A stretch of 64,000 nt of DNA, taken from contig JAVKJW010000004.1 in the NCBI GenBank assembly GCA_031458695.1, positions 1 through 64,000 on the forward strand, written 5' to 3'. Both the position numbers and the translations under genes were made by a program. The stretch is from Candidatus Thermofontivivens primus. GTDB taxonomy: Bacteria; Sysuimicrobiota; Sysuimicrobiia; Sysuimicrobiales; Thermofontiviventaceae. Under the pieces are notes generated by a model. It saw only the letters and a program-made list of their open reading frames with translations. It was not told the origin of the DNA and searched no databases. Shown here piece after piece: positions 38,739 through 46,370 of the stretch; the first letter of the stretch is position 1, and each line of letters opens with the position of its first letter.

Positions 38739-39611
38739 TTACCCTCCTTGGAATGCACGGAGGAACTCCCTGCTGATCCGCCCCTGGTAGATCTCCTGGG
38801 CATCGCCGATGATCTGAATGGTCCAATCCTCACGCACGGACACCTCAAGCTCCCCTCCAGGCATGGCCACGACCGCTTGCCGCTCCAGGTAGCCCCGGCG
38901 CACCCCTGCGGCAACCACTGCGGAGGCGCTCGTCCCTGAAGCAAGGGTCTCCCCAGCCCCACGCTCCCAAATGAGGATGGAGACACGGCGAGGGGATTCC
39001 ACCTTGGCGAACTGGACGTTTGTCCGGTGGGGAAAGATGGGATGGTGCTCGAGCTGCGGACCCAACCGGCGGAGGTCCTCTGTCGAGAGCTCGGGGACAA
39101 AGACCACACAGTGGGGGTTGCCCACGGAGAGGGCAGTGATGGGGAGACGCTCCCCGCCCACCTCAACCTCTTCCAGGAGGACCTCCCGGGCTGGCCCTAC
39201 CACGGGGATCTCCGTGCTAGAGAACGTGGCCTTCCCGATCTCCACGGCAATCCGTTGGACGGCGCCGTCCCGCACGTCCAGGGTGATCTCCACGAGGCCG
39301 CCCAGGGTCTCCACGGTAAAGGTCGTCTTGGTGGTATAGCCGTGATCGTAGAGGAACTTCCCAAAGATGCGCAGGCCGTTCCCGCTCTTCTCCGCCTCGC
39401 TCCCATCTGGGTTAAAGATGCGCAGGCCGAAGTCGCCTCGTTGGCTCGGAGCGAGGGCGAGGATCCCATCGGACCCGATCCCCTTGTGCCTGTCGCAGAG
39501 CCGCTGGATCGCCTGTGCCGAGAGGGGGAAGGTCAGCTTCGCCGGATCTACGACGATGTAGTCGTTTCCCAGGGCATGGCTTTTGACAAAGGTATTCTCT
39601 TCCTCAAGCAC
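38739..39611 (-). CDS. DapF-fold epimerase with Ser at both catalytic Cys positions
   Basis: KSHALGNDY, GIGSDG, IFNPDGSEAEKSGNG, GNPH, TNVQF, WERGAGETLASGTS. Confidence 0.85.
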   Translation of the reverse strand: MLEEENTFVKSHALGNDYIVVDPAKLTFPLSAQAIQRLCDRHKGIGSDGILALAPSQRGDFGLRIFNPDGSEAEKSGNGLRIFGKFLYDHGYTTKTTFTVETLGGLVEITLDVRDGAVQRIAVEIGKATFSSTEIPVVGPAREVLLEEVEVGGERLPITALSVGNPHCVVFVPELSTEDLRRLGPQLEHHPIFPHRTNVQFAKVESPRRVSILIWERGAGETLASGTSASAVVAAGVRRGYLERQAVVAMPGGELEVSVREDWTIQIIGDAQEIYQGRISREFLRAFQGG

Positions 39612-40602
39612 CGCACCCTCGCCTCCCTTCCTGCCCCCCATCCCTTCCCCCGCTGCGGCGGAGGGCAGATTGGATCACCCGGTCGAGGAGAGCTGGGAAG
39701 TCTATCCCTGCAACCTTCGCCGCTTGCGGAAGGAGGCTCGTCCTCGTCATCCCCGGGATGGTGTTCACCTCCAGGACCAGCACCTCCTCCCCCCGCAAGA
39801 ACATATCCACACGGCCCATATCCCGGCAACCAAGCGCCCGGTACGCCCTCACGGCGATCTCCTGGGCGCGCCCCGCGAGATGCGGAGGAATCCGCGCGGG
39901 GCAAATCTCCTCCGTCGCCCCAGGGGTGTACTTAGCCTCATAATCAAAGAACTCCCGCTTTGGCACGATCTCGATGAGAGGGAGGGCCTCGGGGAGGCCT
40001 GTATGGGGGTCGTCAAGGATCCCACAAGTGATCTCCGTGCCCGCGATACGCTCCTCGACGAGGGCCGCCTGACTATACCGAAAAGCAACCTCGAGGGCCT
40101 CAGAAAAGCCAGAAGGGTTGTGCACAATAGAGACCCCGATGCTCGACCCCTGGTCCGCGGGCTTGACGACGCAGGGGAATCCGATGGTTGAGGCTACCTG
40201 GTCGAGGAGATCACCGGGGGCGCTCCTCCACTCCCTTTCTTGGAAGGAGAGGTAGCGAGGCACCGGGATGCCATGCCACTGGAAGATCTGCCGGCTACGA
40301 ATCTTGTCCATGGCCAGGGCACTGGACAGGACCCCTGATCCGGTGTAGGGGACATCCAAGAGCTCGAGGAAACCCTGCACCGTCCCGTCTTCACCGTAGG
40401 GGCCGTGCAGGGCGATGAATACGAGATCGACCCCCGCGAGGGTCTCCAGGAGACGGGATCCTCTCCACTCCGTGACCTCCACGGGAATGACGGTATACTT
40501 CTCTGGGTCGAGGGCGGAAACGATGTTCTGTCCGCTCTGCAAGGATACCTCCCTCTCTGCCGAGGTCCCTCCCATTAGGACAGCCACTTTCAACCTGCTC
40601 AT
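39604..40602 (-). CDS. ddl: D-alanine--D-alanine ligase family ATP-grasp enzyme
   Basis: MGGTSAEREVS, LHGPYGEDG, AMDK, GSSIGV, DYEAKY, EVNTIPGMT. Confidence 0.92.
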   Translation of the reverse strand: MSRLKVAVLMGGTSAEREVSLQSGQNIVSALDPEKYTVIPVEVTEWRGSRLLETLAGVDLVFIALHGPYGEDGTVQGFLELLDVPYTGSGVLSSALAMDKIRSRQIFQWHGIPVPRYLSFQEREWRSAPGDLLDQVASTIGFPCVVKPADQGSSIGVSIVHNPSGFSEALEVAFRYSQAALVEERIAGTEITCGILDDPHTGLPEALPLIEIVPKREFFDYEAKYTPGATEEICPARIPPHLAGRAQEIAVRAYRALGCRDMGRVDMFLRGEEVLVLEVNTIPGMTRTSLLPQAAKVAGIDFPALLDRVIQSALRRSGGRDGGQEGRRGCGA

Positions 40603-41627
40603 CTCCTCGACACCTCGCCCTGGCGTTGCGCTCCCGCTTCCCGCCATGACTGGATGCGCTTCCGGAGGAAGGCAATGGCCCCATCGCTCAGCACGCTGGC
40701 GAAGGGGATAACCTCGATGCCTGCAGGAAGGAGCTCGACGATCCTCTCCAGAACCTTAGGGGAGGCCAGGACGACATCACACCGGCTCAGAGCCTTCCGC
40801 AAGCCGTCCTTGTCTTCCAGCGTCGCAGGGATCAGTCGGATCCCCCGGATGCCAACGGCCCGGATCGACCGTTCCTTGCTGCGTACCCCTTCCCATGTGG
40901 CACAGACCAAGGCCACGCTGCGGCCGGAGAGCGAAGACAGGCGGAAGAGCGTAGAGAAATCCGGCAAGGCCACCAGGCCGATCACCTCCCGGCCTGGCAG
41001 GATCCGCCGGACCTCCTCGAGGTGGAAGAACGTCGTCACCACGATGTCCACCTCCGGGATCATCCCCAAGGCAAGATCGGAAAGGAGGATGGGAACGATG
41101 GGAACGGAAACGGCCCTCTCGAGCTCTCGAGTGAAATACGCCAAGTCGGAGGGGTTGCACTCGACAAGCCCCAGCCGGGGGCGCTGGGCATGGGCCTCCT
41201 CCCGGACCTCGGCACTCGCGGAGAGCAGCACCTGCAGGTCCGATGCGGTAAGCCCCATTTCTTCCGCGGCGGTAAGAAGGCGGTCGATGAGACGATGGAT
41301 CTCCTCCGCCTGGGAGGGTGAGAGGGCTTTGGCAACGAAGGTCCCCCGTCCCGCGGCAGCCGTGAGGTAGCCTTCCTGGATGAGCTGTCGATAGACGCGC
41401 GCGACGGTATTGCGGTTCACTCGGAGGAATCCGGCCAAAGTGCGCACAGGAGGGAGGCGATCGCCACCCTGGAGTTTCCCGGAGATGATCAAGTATTTAA
41501 TCTGGGCGCTCAACTGCGCGGCCATGGAGAGCGCATGGTCGGGCCGGAGGACAAGAGGTCTCCTGATCAGGGTTCCAACCCCACCTGCATCCCGCAATGT
41601 GGTGCTTCCAGGAGAGGCCTGGCCCAC
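40599..41627 (-). CDS. GntR family transcriptional regulator with long C-terminal effector domain
   Basis: RLPPVRTLA..L.VNRNTVARVY..L...G, GRGTFV; C-terminal VECN and VTTFFH; stop overlaps the ddl ATG. Confidence 0.88.
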   Translation of the reverse strand: MGQASPGSTTLRDAGGVGTLIRRPLVLRPDHALSMAAQLSAQIKYLIISGKLQGGDRLPPVRTLAGFLRVNRNTVARVYRQLIQEGYLTAAAGRGTFVAKALSPSQAEEIHRLIDRLLTAAEEMGLTASDLQVLLSASAEVREEAHAQRPRLGLVECNPSDLAYFTRELERAVSVPIVPILLSDLALGMIPEVDIVVTTFFHLEEVRRILPGREVIGLVALPDFSTLFRLSSLSGRSVALVCATWEGVRSKERSIRAVGIRGIRLIPATLEDKDGLRKALSRCDVVLASPKVLERIVELLPAGIEVIPFASVLSDGAIAFLRKRIQSWREAGAQRQGEVSRR

Positions 41628-41643
41628 GTGGAGACCTCCAGAG

Positions 41644-41695
41644 ATTGTCATAGTAAAACTATGACAATTATCCGTTCTCCCCGCTGCCTTGTCAA
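41644..41695 (-). promoter_or_regulatory. GntR operon promoter with perfect palindromic operator
   Basis: TTGACA-17-GATAAT on the minus strand; ATTGTCATAG-TAAAA-CTATGACAAT (41644-41668) covers the -10 edge and the start site. Confidence 0.78.
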
Positions 41696-41746
41696 CGGGA
41701 AAATGAGCCAAATTTCCCAGAACAGTTGGAACTGGAGCAAATCTGC

Positions 41747-41775
41747 TTGACGGGCCCTTGGGGGAAGGGTATAAT
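41747..41775 (+). promoter_or_regulatory. sigma70 promoter of S1-domain gene
   Basis: TTGACG-17 nt-TATAAT. Confidence 0.65.
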
Positions 41776-41864
41776 TTCCATCGCAATCGACCGGCATCTT
41801 GAGGGAAGTCCTGGGGATGCGCGGTCCGTGGATCTCAGATAGGAGGGAGGATGCCGAAGGACTG

Positions 41865-42242
41865 ATGGATTTGGAAGTAGGGAGCATTGTGGAAGGCGTC
41901 GTGGTGAAGATCACGCACTACGGTGCGTTCGTGGAGCTCCCAGATGGAAAAAGCGGACTCGTCCATATCTCCGAGATCGCAGACACCTACGTCAAGGATG
42001 TCCGGGATTACCTGAAAGAGCAAGACCGGGTGAGGGTCAAGATCCTCGGGATCAACGAGAAAGGGAAGCTTGACCTCTCCATCAAACAAGCGATTCCTCC
42101 GGAGGAGCGGGCAGCGAAGATGCGCGCCCGCTCTTCGTTTGAGCAGATGCTCGAACGGTTCAAGAAGGAGAGCGAGGAACGCCTCCTGGACCTGAAGCGC
42201 AATACCGAAGCCAAGCGAGGCGGCGGCCGCCGCAGGCGGTAA
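41865..42242 (+). CDS. S1 RNA-binding domain protein (YabR/YugI-like)
   Basis: GSIVEGVV..IT.YGAFV, GLVHISEIA, LSIK, FE..L.RF.K.SEE. Confidence 0.92.
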   Translation: MDLEVGSIVEGVVVKITHYGAFVELPDGKSGLVHISEIADTYVKDVRDYLKEQDRVRVKILGINEKGKLDLSIKQAIPPEERAAKMRARSSFEQMLERFKKESEERLLDLKRNTEAKRGGGRRRR

Positions 42243-42254
42243 GGCGCGCCGACC

Positions 42255-42368
42255 GCGTTCGTCGCGTGGATTGCGTTCGTGGTGTTTGTTGCATTCTGAA
42301 CACAACAGATGCGAGGAACGCGACAAACGCAATAAACGCAAAAGACGCGATGGACGCAAGAGACGCTA
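42255..42368. repeat. inverted array of 9-bp tandem repeats
   Basis: GCGT-type cores at 42255, 42264, 42273, 42282 and 42291; ACGC-type cores at 42309, 42318, 42327, 42336, 42345, 42354 and 42363. Confidence 0.8.
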
Positions 42369-42707
42369 GACGAGTCCTACGATCCCGCAGAGATCCTCAA
42401 AAGCCTGCCACGTGATCTCGTCCCGTTCTAGCTGCCTGGATGCTTCTGAGATCCCCTCTTGCGCCTCCAACGCCTGGAGTTGCTCGTCCATGCGCTGGAT
42501 GCGCAGGAGGACCTGGGAAAGCAGTTCGTGGAAGGGCGCCTCCGGCAAGATCGCCCGTATCTCCTCAATCGCCTTGCGCTCACGCTCCCTGGCCATCCGA
42601 TCCATCTCCCTGGCCTCCAGGCGGGAGAAGGCCACAAACCCTCTCCGTTCCTCCACGGAGCGCGCTAGGATCGATTGGATCTTCCTGAGGATCTCCTCTT
42701 CTCCCAT
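42366..42707 (-). CDS. hypothetical helical protein
   Basis: ATG with GGAGAGG RBS; last gene of the minus-strand operon. Confidence 0.7.
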   Translation of the reverse strand: MGEEEILRKIQSILARSVEERRGFVAFSRLEAREMDRMARERERKAIEEIRAILPEAPFHELLSQVLLRIQRMDEQLQALEAQEGISEASRQLERDEITWQAFEDLCGIVGLV

Positions 42708-42722
42708 GAGATCCTCTCCCTT

Positions 42723-43610
42723 CTAGCCCTTCGAATGTGAGGGGAATTTCTCTGACCCAGGGACCGCGGGGACGCCATAGTTGAGGAGAACGCGGAGGGC
42801 GCGGAGAGTCGTCTCCACCCCCGCAGCTGGGTTGTCCTCGCTCCCCCACCCTCCTTCCGCAGACTGGAGGGCTAGGAGGCGCTGGAGACCGACGTCCACC
42901 AAGGGATCCCATCTTCCAAAGCCAGCATCCCACAGGCAATCCAGCAGGGAGGCCAATTGCGCCGCATCCCACCGGTCGATGGGAATGGATGCGAGGGACG
43001 CCGCGGCCTGCTGGACTACTTTCGCGGTGATCCCCTCCACGCGTGCGAATAAGGCAAGGGCGAACCACGTTGTGTGGGGAAGCCCCTCAAAACGGCCCTC
43101 AACGTGACGGGAACGCAGGAAATCCAGGGCACGGGCAACTGTGTGGTCACCCTCGTACCCGAGAAGAACAAGCCAGTACCCCACCTGTGCAGTGGTCGCG
43201 GTCCTCGCCAGAGTGAAACCAGGGCGAACCGGCGGGGGAGGGTCGAATTTGATCAAAGCGGGGTTCTCGTCCCAGCTCCCATCTGGCCGCTGTATGGTGA
43301 AGAAGTAAGTAGCGATCCTCTCCTTCACCCTTTCTATATCCGGCGGGGTTCCAGGGATGGGAAGAGGAGAGGTTCCCACTAGACCCAGGTCCCGGAGCCA
43401 ACCCAGGATGATGAGCGTAAAATGAACAGAGGATGGTCTTCCTGGGATGAGGTCGTAGGGGAAGCCGCCGTCCTCATTCTGCTTGCTGAGGAGGGCGCGG
43501 ATCAGCCGTGGCTCAGGGTGGCGGTTCCCCAATATCCCCATGAGCCGCCACCGCTCAAGCTCGCTTCCATGTCGCTCCACGTAGGCGATTGCGCGAGAGA
43601 GGTACGTCAT
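42723..43610 (-). CDS. prenyltransferase/squalene-cyclase (QW) repeat protein
   Basis: QNEDGGF, QRPDGSW and QSAEGGW repeats; ATGA overlap with the upstream gene. Confidence 0.75.
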   Translation of the reverse strand: MTYLSRAIAYVERHGSELERWRLMGILGNRHPEPRLIRALLSKQNEDGGFPYDLIPGRPSSVHFTLIILGWLRDLGLVGTSPLPIPGTPPDIERVKERIATYFFTIQRPDGSWDENPALIKFDPPPPVRPGFTLARTATTAQVGYWLVLLGYEGDHTVARALDFLRSRHVEGRFEGLPHTTWFALALFARVEGITAKVVQQAAASLASIPIDRWDAAQLASLLDCLWDAGFGRWDPLVDVGLQRLLALQSAEGGWGSEDNPAAGVETTLRALRVLLNYGVPAVPGSEKFPSHSKG

Positions 43611-44308
43611 TTCAGGGTTTCCAAGAACTCACCGATGGCCTCATTGACTTTCTCTGGTTGCTCTAGCATGACCATGTGCCCTGCGCCTGTCACAATGACC
43701 AGCCGGGAGTTGGGGATGTGGGCGTGCAGGTACTCGCTGTACTTCGGTGGCGTCATCCGATCCTCTGCCCCACAGATGACAAGCGTTGGAACTCTGATCT
43801 CGCCCACGCGGTCCATCACGTCGAATCCATGGCAAGCGAGAAAGTCCCCATGTGTGACCTCCGGCTGGGTCTCCCGCAGCACCTGCCTCGTCTTCTCCAC
43901 TACACGTGGATCGGCGCCTGGACCGAACAGCCAACCCAGCAACTCCTCAACGGTCCTGGCATAGTCCTCGATGAGCCCGGAGAGAAACTCTTGCCGGACC
44001 CGCAGCCGCGCACCCGTCCCGACGAGGATCAACCCATGAAGATCACCTGGATAGGTGAGGGCATAACCAAGAGCAATGGCACCCCCAAGGGAGTGGCCAC
44101 CGAGGACCACCTGTCCCCATGCGCGGGACTGGATGTACTCCCGGATCCACTCTACATACTCCTCCACCCGGCTGCATCCCTTGCCGTATGGGTGCCCAGG
44201 AAGATCGGGCGCTTCGGCACCGGGAAAGGCTAAGAGCTGGTACTGCCAGATCTGTCCGCGCCCTCCCGAGCCATGGATGAGGAGAAGCCGAGGGTACTTC
44301 CCGCTCAT
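43607..44308 (-). CDS. alpha/beta hydrolase
   Basis: HGSGG, DLPGH, GHSLGG, G.EDRMTP, GAGHM triad. Confidence 0.92.
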   Translation of the reverse strand: MSGKYPRLLLIHGSGGRGQIWQYQLLAFPGAEAPDLPGHPYGKGCSRVEEYVEWIREYIQSRAWGQVVLGGHSLGGAIALGYALTYPGDLHGLILVGTGARLRVRQEFLSGLIEDYARTVEELLGWLFGPGADPRVVEKTRQVLRETQPEVTHGDFLACHGFDVMDRVGEIRVPTLVICGAEDRMTPPKYSEYLHAHIPNSRLVIVTGAGHMVMLEQPEKVNEAIGEFLETLK

Positions 44309-44742
44309 TTCCCGCTCCCCGACAGCAAAAGCTGGCGCCGGCTCCACACGCCAGCGATGAGGACGGGACCGAAGATCACGCAAAACGCATTGATCACAAT
44401 CTCGATGGCGACGCTAGAGCTCAGGACCGTGTAGATCCCGTTCTCCAAGTTGAACAAGATATCCATGAGGCCCAGATAGATGAGGCTGCTCCCAGCAAGG
44501 AGAGACCAGAGGAGCCCGCTGGAATCCGCTCGCAACAGCCCCCTCGCCGCCAGGGCCGATGCGACCACGAGCCAGGCATCTGCGAGGGGGAAGGCCCGCT
44601 CGAAAGCCAGGTAGACCTCATCAGTCCGGGTCTGGACGATCCCTTCAGAGGTGAAAAAGACGATCCAGTACACGACTGTGACCACGGCGGTAAGGATGAG
44701 GAAAGCCCCAAATACGGTGAACGCAGTCGGACGTCCCATCAC
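44305..44742 (-). CDS. small 4-TM membrane protein
   Basis: Four hydrophobic segments; FERAFPLAD loop; overlaps both neighbours. Confidence 0.75.
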   Translation of the reverse strand: MMGRPTAFTVFGAFLILTAVVTVVYWIVFFTSEGIVQTRTDEVYLAFERAFPLADAWLVVASALAARGLLRADSSGLLWSLLAGSSLIYLGLMDILFNLENGIYTVLSSSVAIEIVINAFCVIFGPVLIAGVWSRRQLLLSGSGK

Positions 44743-45173
44743 GCCTCCCTCCCCGGCAGGTTGTCCCGGGCGTAGACTCCCTCAAACTCTGTCGGGATGG
44801 TCCGCAAGATCTCGAGCCAGCGCTGGGTAGAATCCGCCCCCTTCAAGAGCTTGAGGAAATTGCCCCGGATCTTGAGCTTGCGCATGACGAACGCCGCGTT
44901 CGCACCGAGGCGGCCTACCAGGATGTCCACCCAAACCCCGTATGGCCCGGAGAGCGTGAAGTCGGTAGGCCGCTCCCCCTCCCAGATCTCGGAGATCTCT
45001 CCCCCATCCACACGGAAACCCACAACGATTCTCCGCTCAACTCCCTTCGCGGGTTCAGGCTCCAGGACAAGGGTGTAGGAGTCATGCTCATCCTTGGCCA
45101 GCTCCCGGTATTTCTCGTCGGCGTTGGTCCGGCGCTGCACCTCCACCAGGTATTCCCAGCTTCCAAAGCGCAT
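44739..45173 (-). CDS. SCP2 (sterol carrier protein 2)-like lipid-binding protein
   Basis: DFTLSGPYGVWVDILVGRLGANAAFVMRKLKIRGN matches the SCP2 C-terminal pattern; start MRFGSWEY with GAGGTG RBS. Confidence 0.8.
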   Translation of the reverse strand: MRFGSWEYLVEVQRRTNADEKYRELAKDEHDSYTLVLEPEPAKGVERRIVVGFRVDGGEISEIWEGERPTDFTLSGPYGVWVDILVGRLGANAAFVMRKLKIRGNFLKLLKGADSTQRWLEILRTIPTEFEGVYARDNLPGREA

Positions 45174-45178
45174 CTCGT

Positions 45179-46201
45179 TCACCTCGCTGGCATCTCCACA
45201 ACCACCTTCAGCGGCTCGGGCATGGGCGCTGCGAGAGCCTCGAACCCTCTGGACACAAGATCCTCTAGCGGGATCACATGGGAAATGACCGACTGAGGGT
45301 TCACCTGGCCGCGGGCAAGGTAGGTGATGGCTGCCGGGTACTCCTCCGGGCCACAATAGCTCCCCAAAATCTCCACCTCGTTCAGGACGACGGTCATGAA
45401 ATCGCTTTCCACAGGCTCCTCGCAGATACCAAGGATGACCACCTGCCCGCCCTTCCGCACGAGCATGGGAGCTTCCTTCAGAGTGGCGGGAACACCGGCA
45501 CATTCGAACACGAAGTCCACTCCCTCTCCCTCGGTCAGCTCATCGAGGCGGATGTAGAGGTTTTCAGCGAGCGGGTCGAAGACAGCGTCGGCACCGACCG
45601 ACCCCCCAGCGCGGCGGCGCGGTGGGCTCGGTTCGGAGAGATAAACCGCTCTCGCCCCGGCCAACTTCAGGCACTGTACTGTGAGAAGACCTATCGGTCC
45701 CCCGCCGAGGACGAGCGCACGGTCACCTGGCTTGAACCGGGAGCGTCGGATCCCATGGAGAACGTTAGCCAGCGGGTCGATCAGACAGGCCGCATGGTCA
45801 TCTACGGACTCAGGAATGTGGTGGAGCGCTCCTGCTGGGGCCTTCATACGCGTGGCCATCCCCCCGTTCATGTTCACCCCTGGCATCAACACCTCCTCGC
45901 AGAGGGAAGGCCTCCCATGCCTGCAGAAATAGCACCGACCGCACGGGATCACACCGTTGACGGTAGCACGGTCCCCCGGCGCCCACCCTTCTACTCCGGG
46001 ACCGACCTCCAGGACCTCCGCGGCGATCTCGTGGCCGATGACGATGCCGGGTTCGTACATCCCTGTCTTGTACGCACCCACATCGGAACCGCAGATCCCA
46101 CAGGCCTTCACCTGGAGCAAGACCTCACCAGGCCCAGGCACGGGATCAGGGAGGTCGACCACATCGATATCTCCTGCACCCCGGAAAACCGCTGCCAGCA
46201 T
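45179..46201 (-). CDS. zinc-dependent medium-chain alcohol dehydrogenase (butanediol/sorbitol DH-like)
   Basis: CGICGSD, GHE, CGRCYFC...C structural Zn site, GGGPIG. Confidence 0.93.
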   Translation of the reverse strand: MLAAVFRGAGDIDVVDLPDPVPGPGEVLLQVKACGICGSDVGAYKTGMYEPGIVIGHEIAAEVLEVGPGVEGWAPGDRATVNGVIPCGRCYFCRHGRPSLCEEVLMPGVNMNGGMATRMKAPAGALHHIPESVDDHAACLIDPLANVLHGIRRSRFKPGDRALVLGGGPIGLLTVQCLKLAGARAVYLSEPSPPRRRAGGSVGADAVFDPLAENLYIRLDELTEGEGVDFVFECAGVPATLKEAPMLVRKGGQVVILGICEEPVESDFMTVVLNEVEILGSYCGPEEYPAAITYLARGQVNPQSVISHVIPLEDLVSRGFEALAAPMPEPLKVVVEMPAR

Positions 46202-46370
46202 CCCTGATGATCCCCACCATCCATCTCTTCGCTCTCAAGCGCCCCTCCCCTGCTTGTGTCTCTATTGTCCCGGGCGAGGAGGAGTGTGTTGGCTGTGGAT
46301 TGTCTAGACAGGGAGGGATTGATCCCATGGCGAAGGGATTGCCTGATGCAGAACCCGGGAGGGAAGAGCC

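Noticed and set aside
42255..42368. CRISPR array
   Set aside because: Units are 9 bp with no unique spacers, and there are no cas genes.
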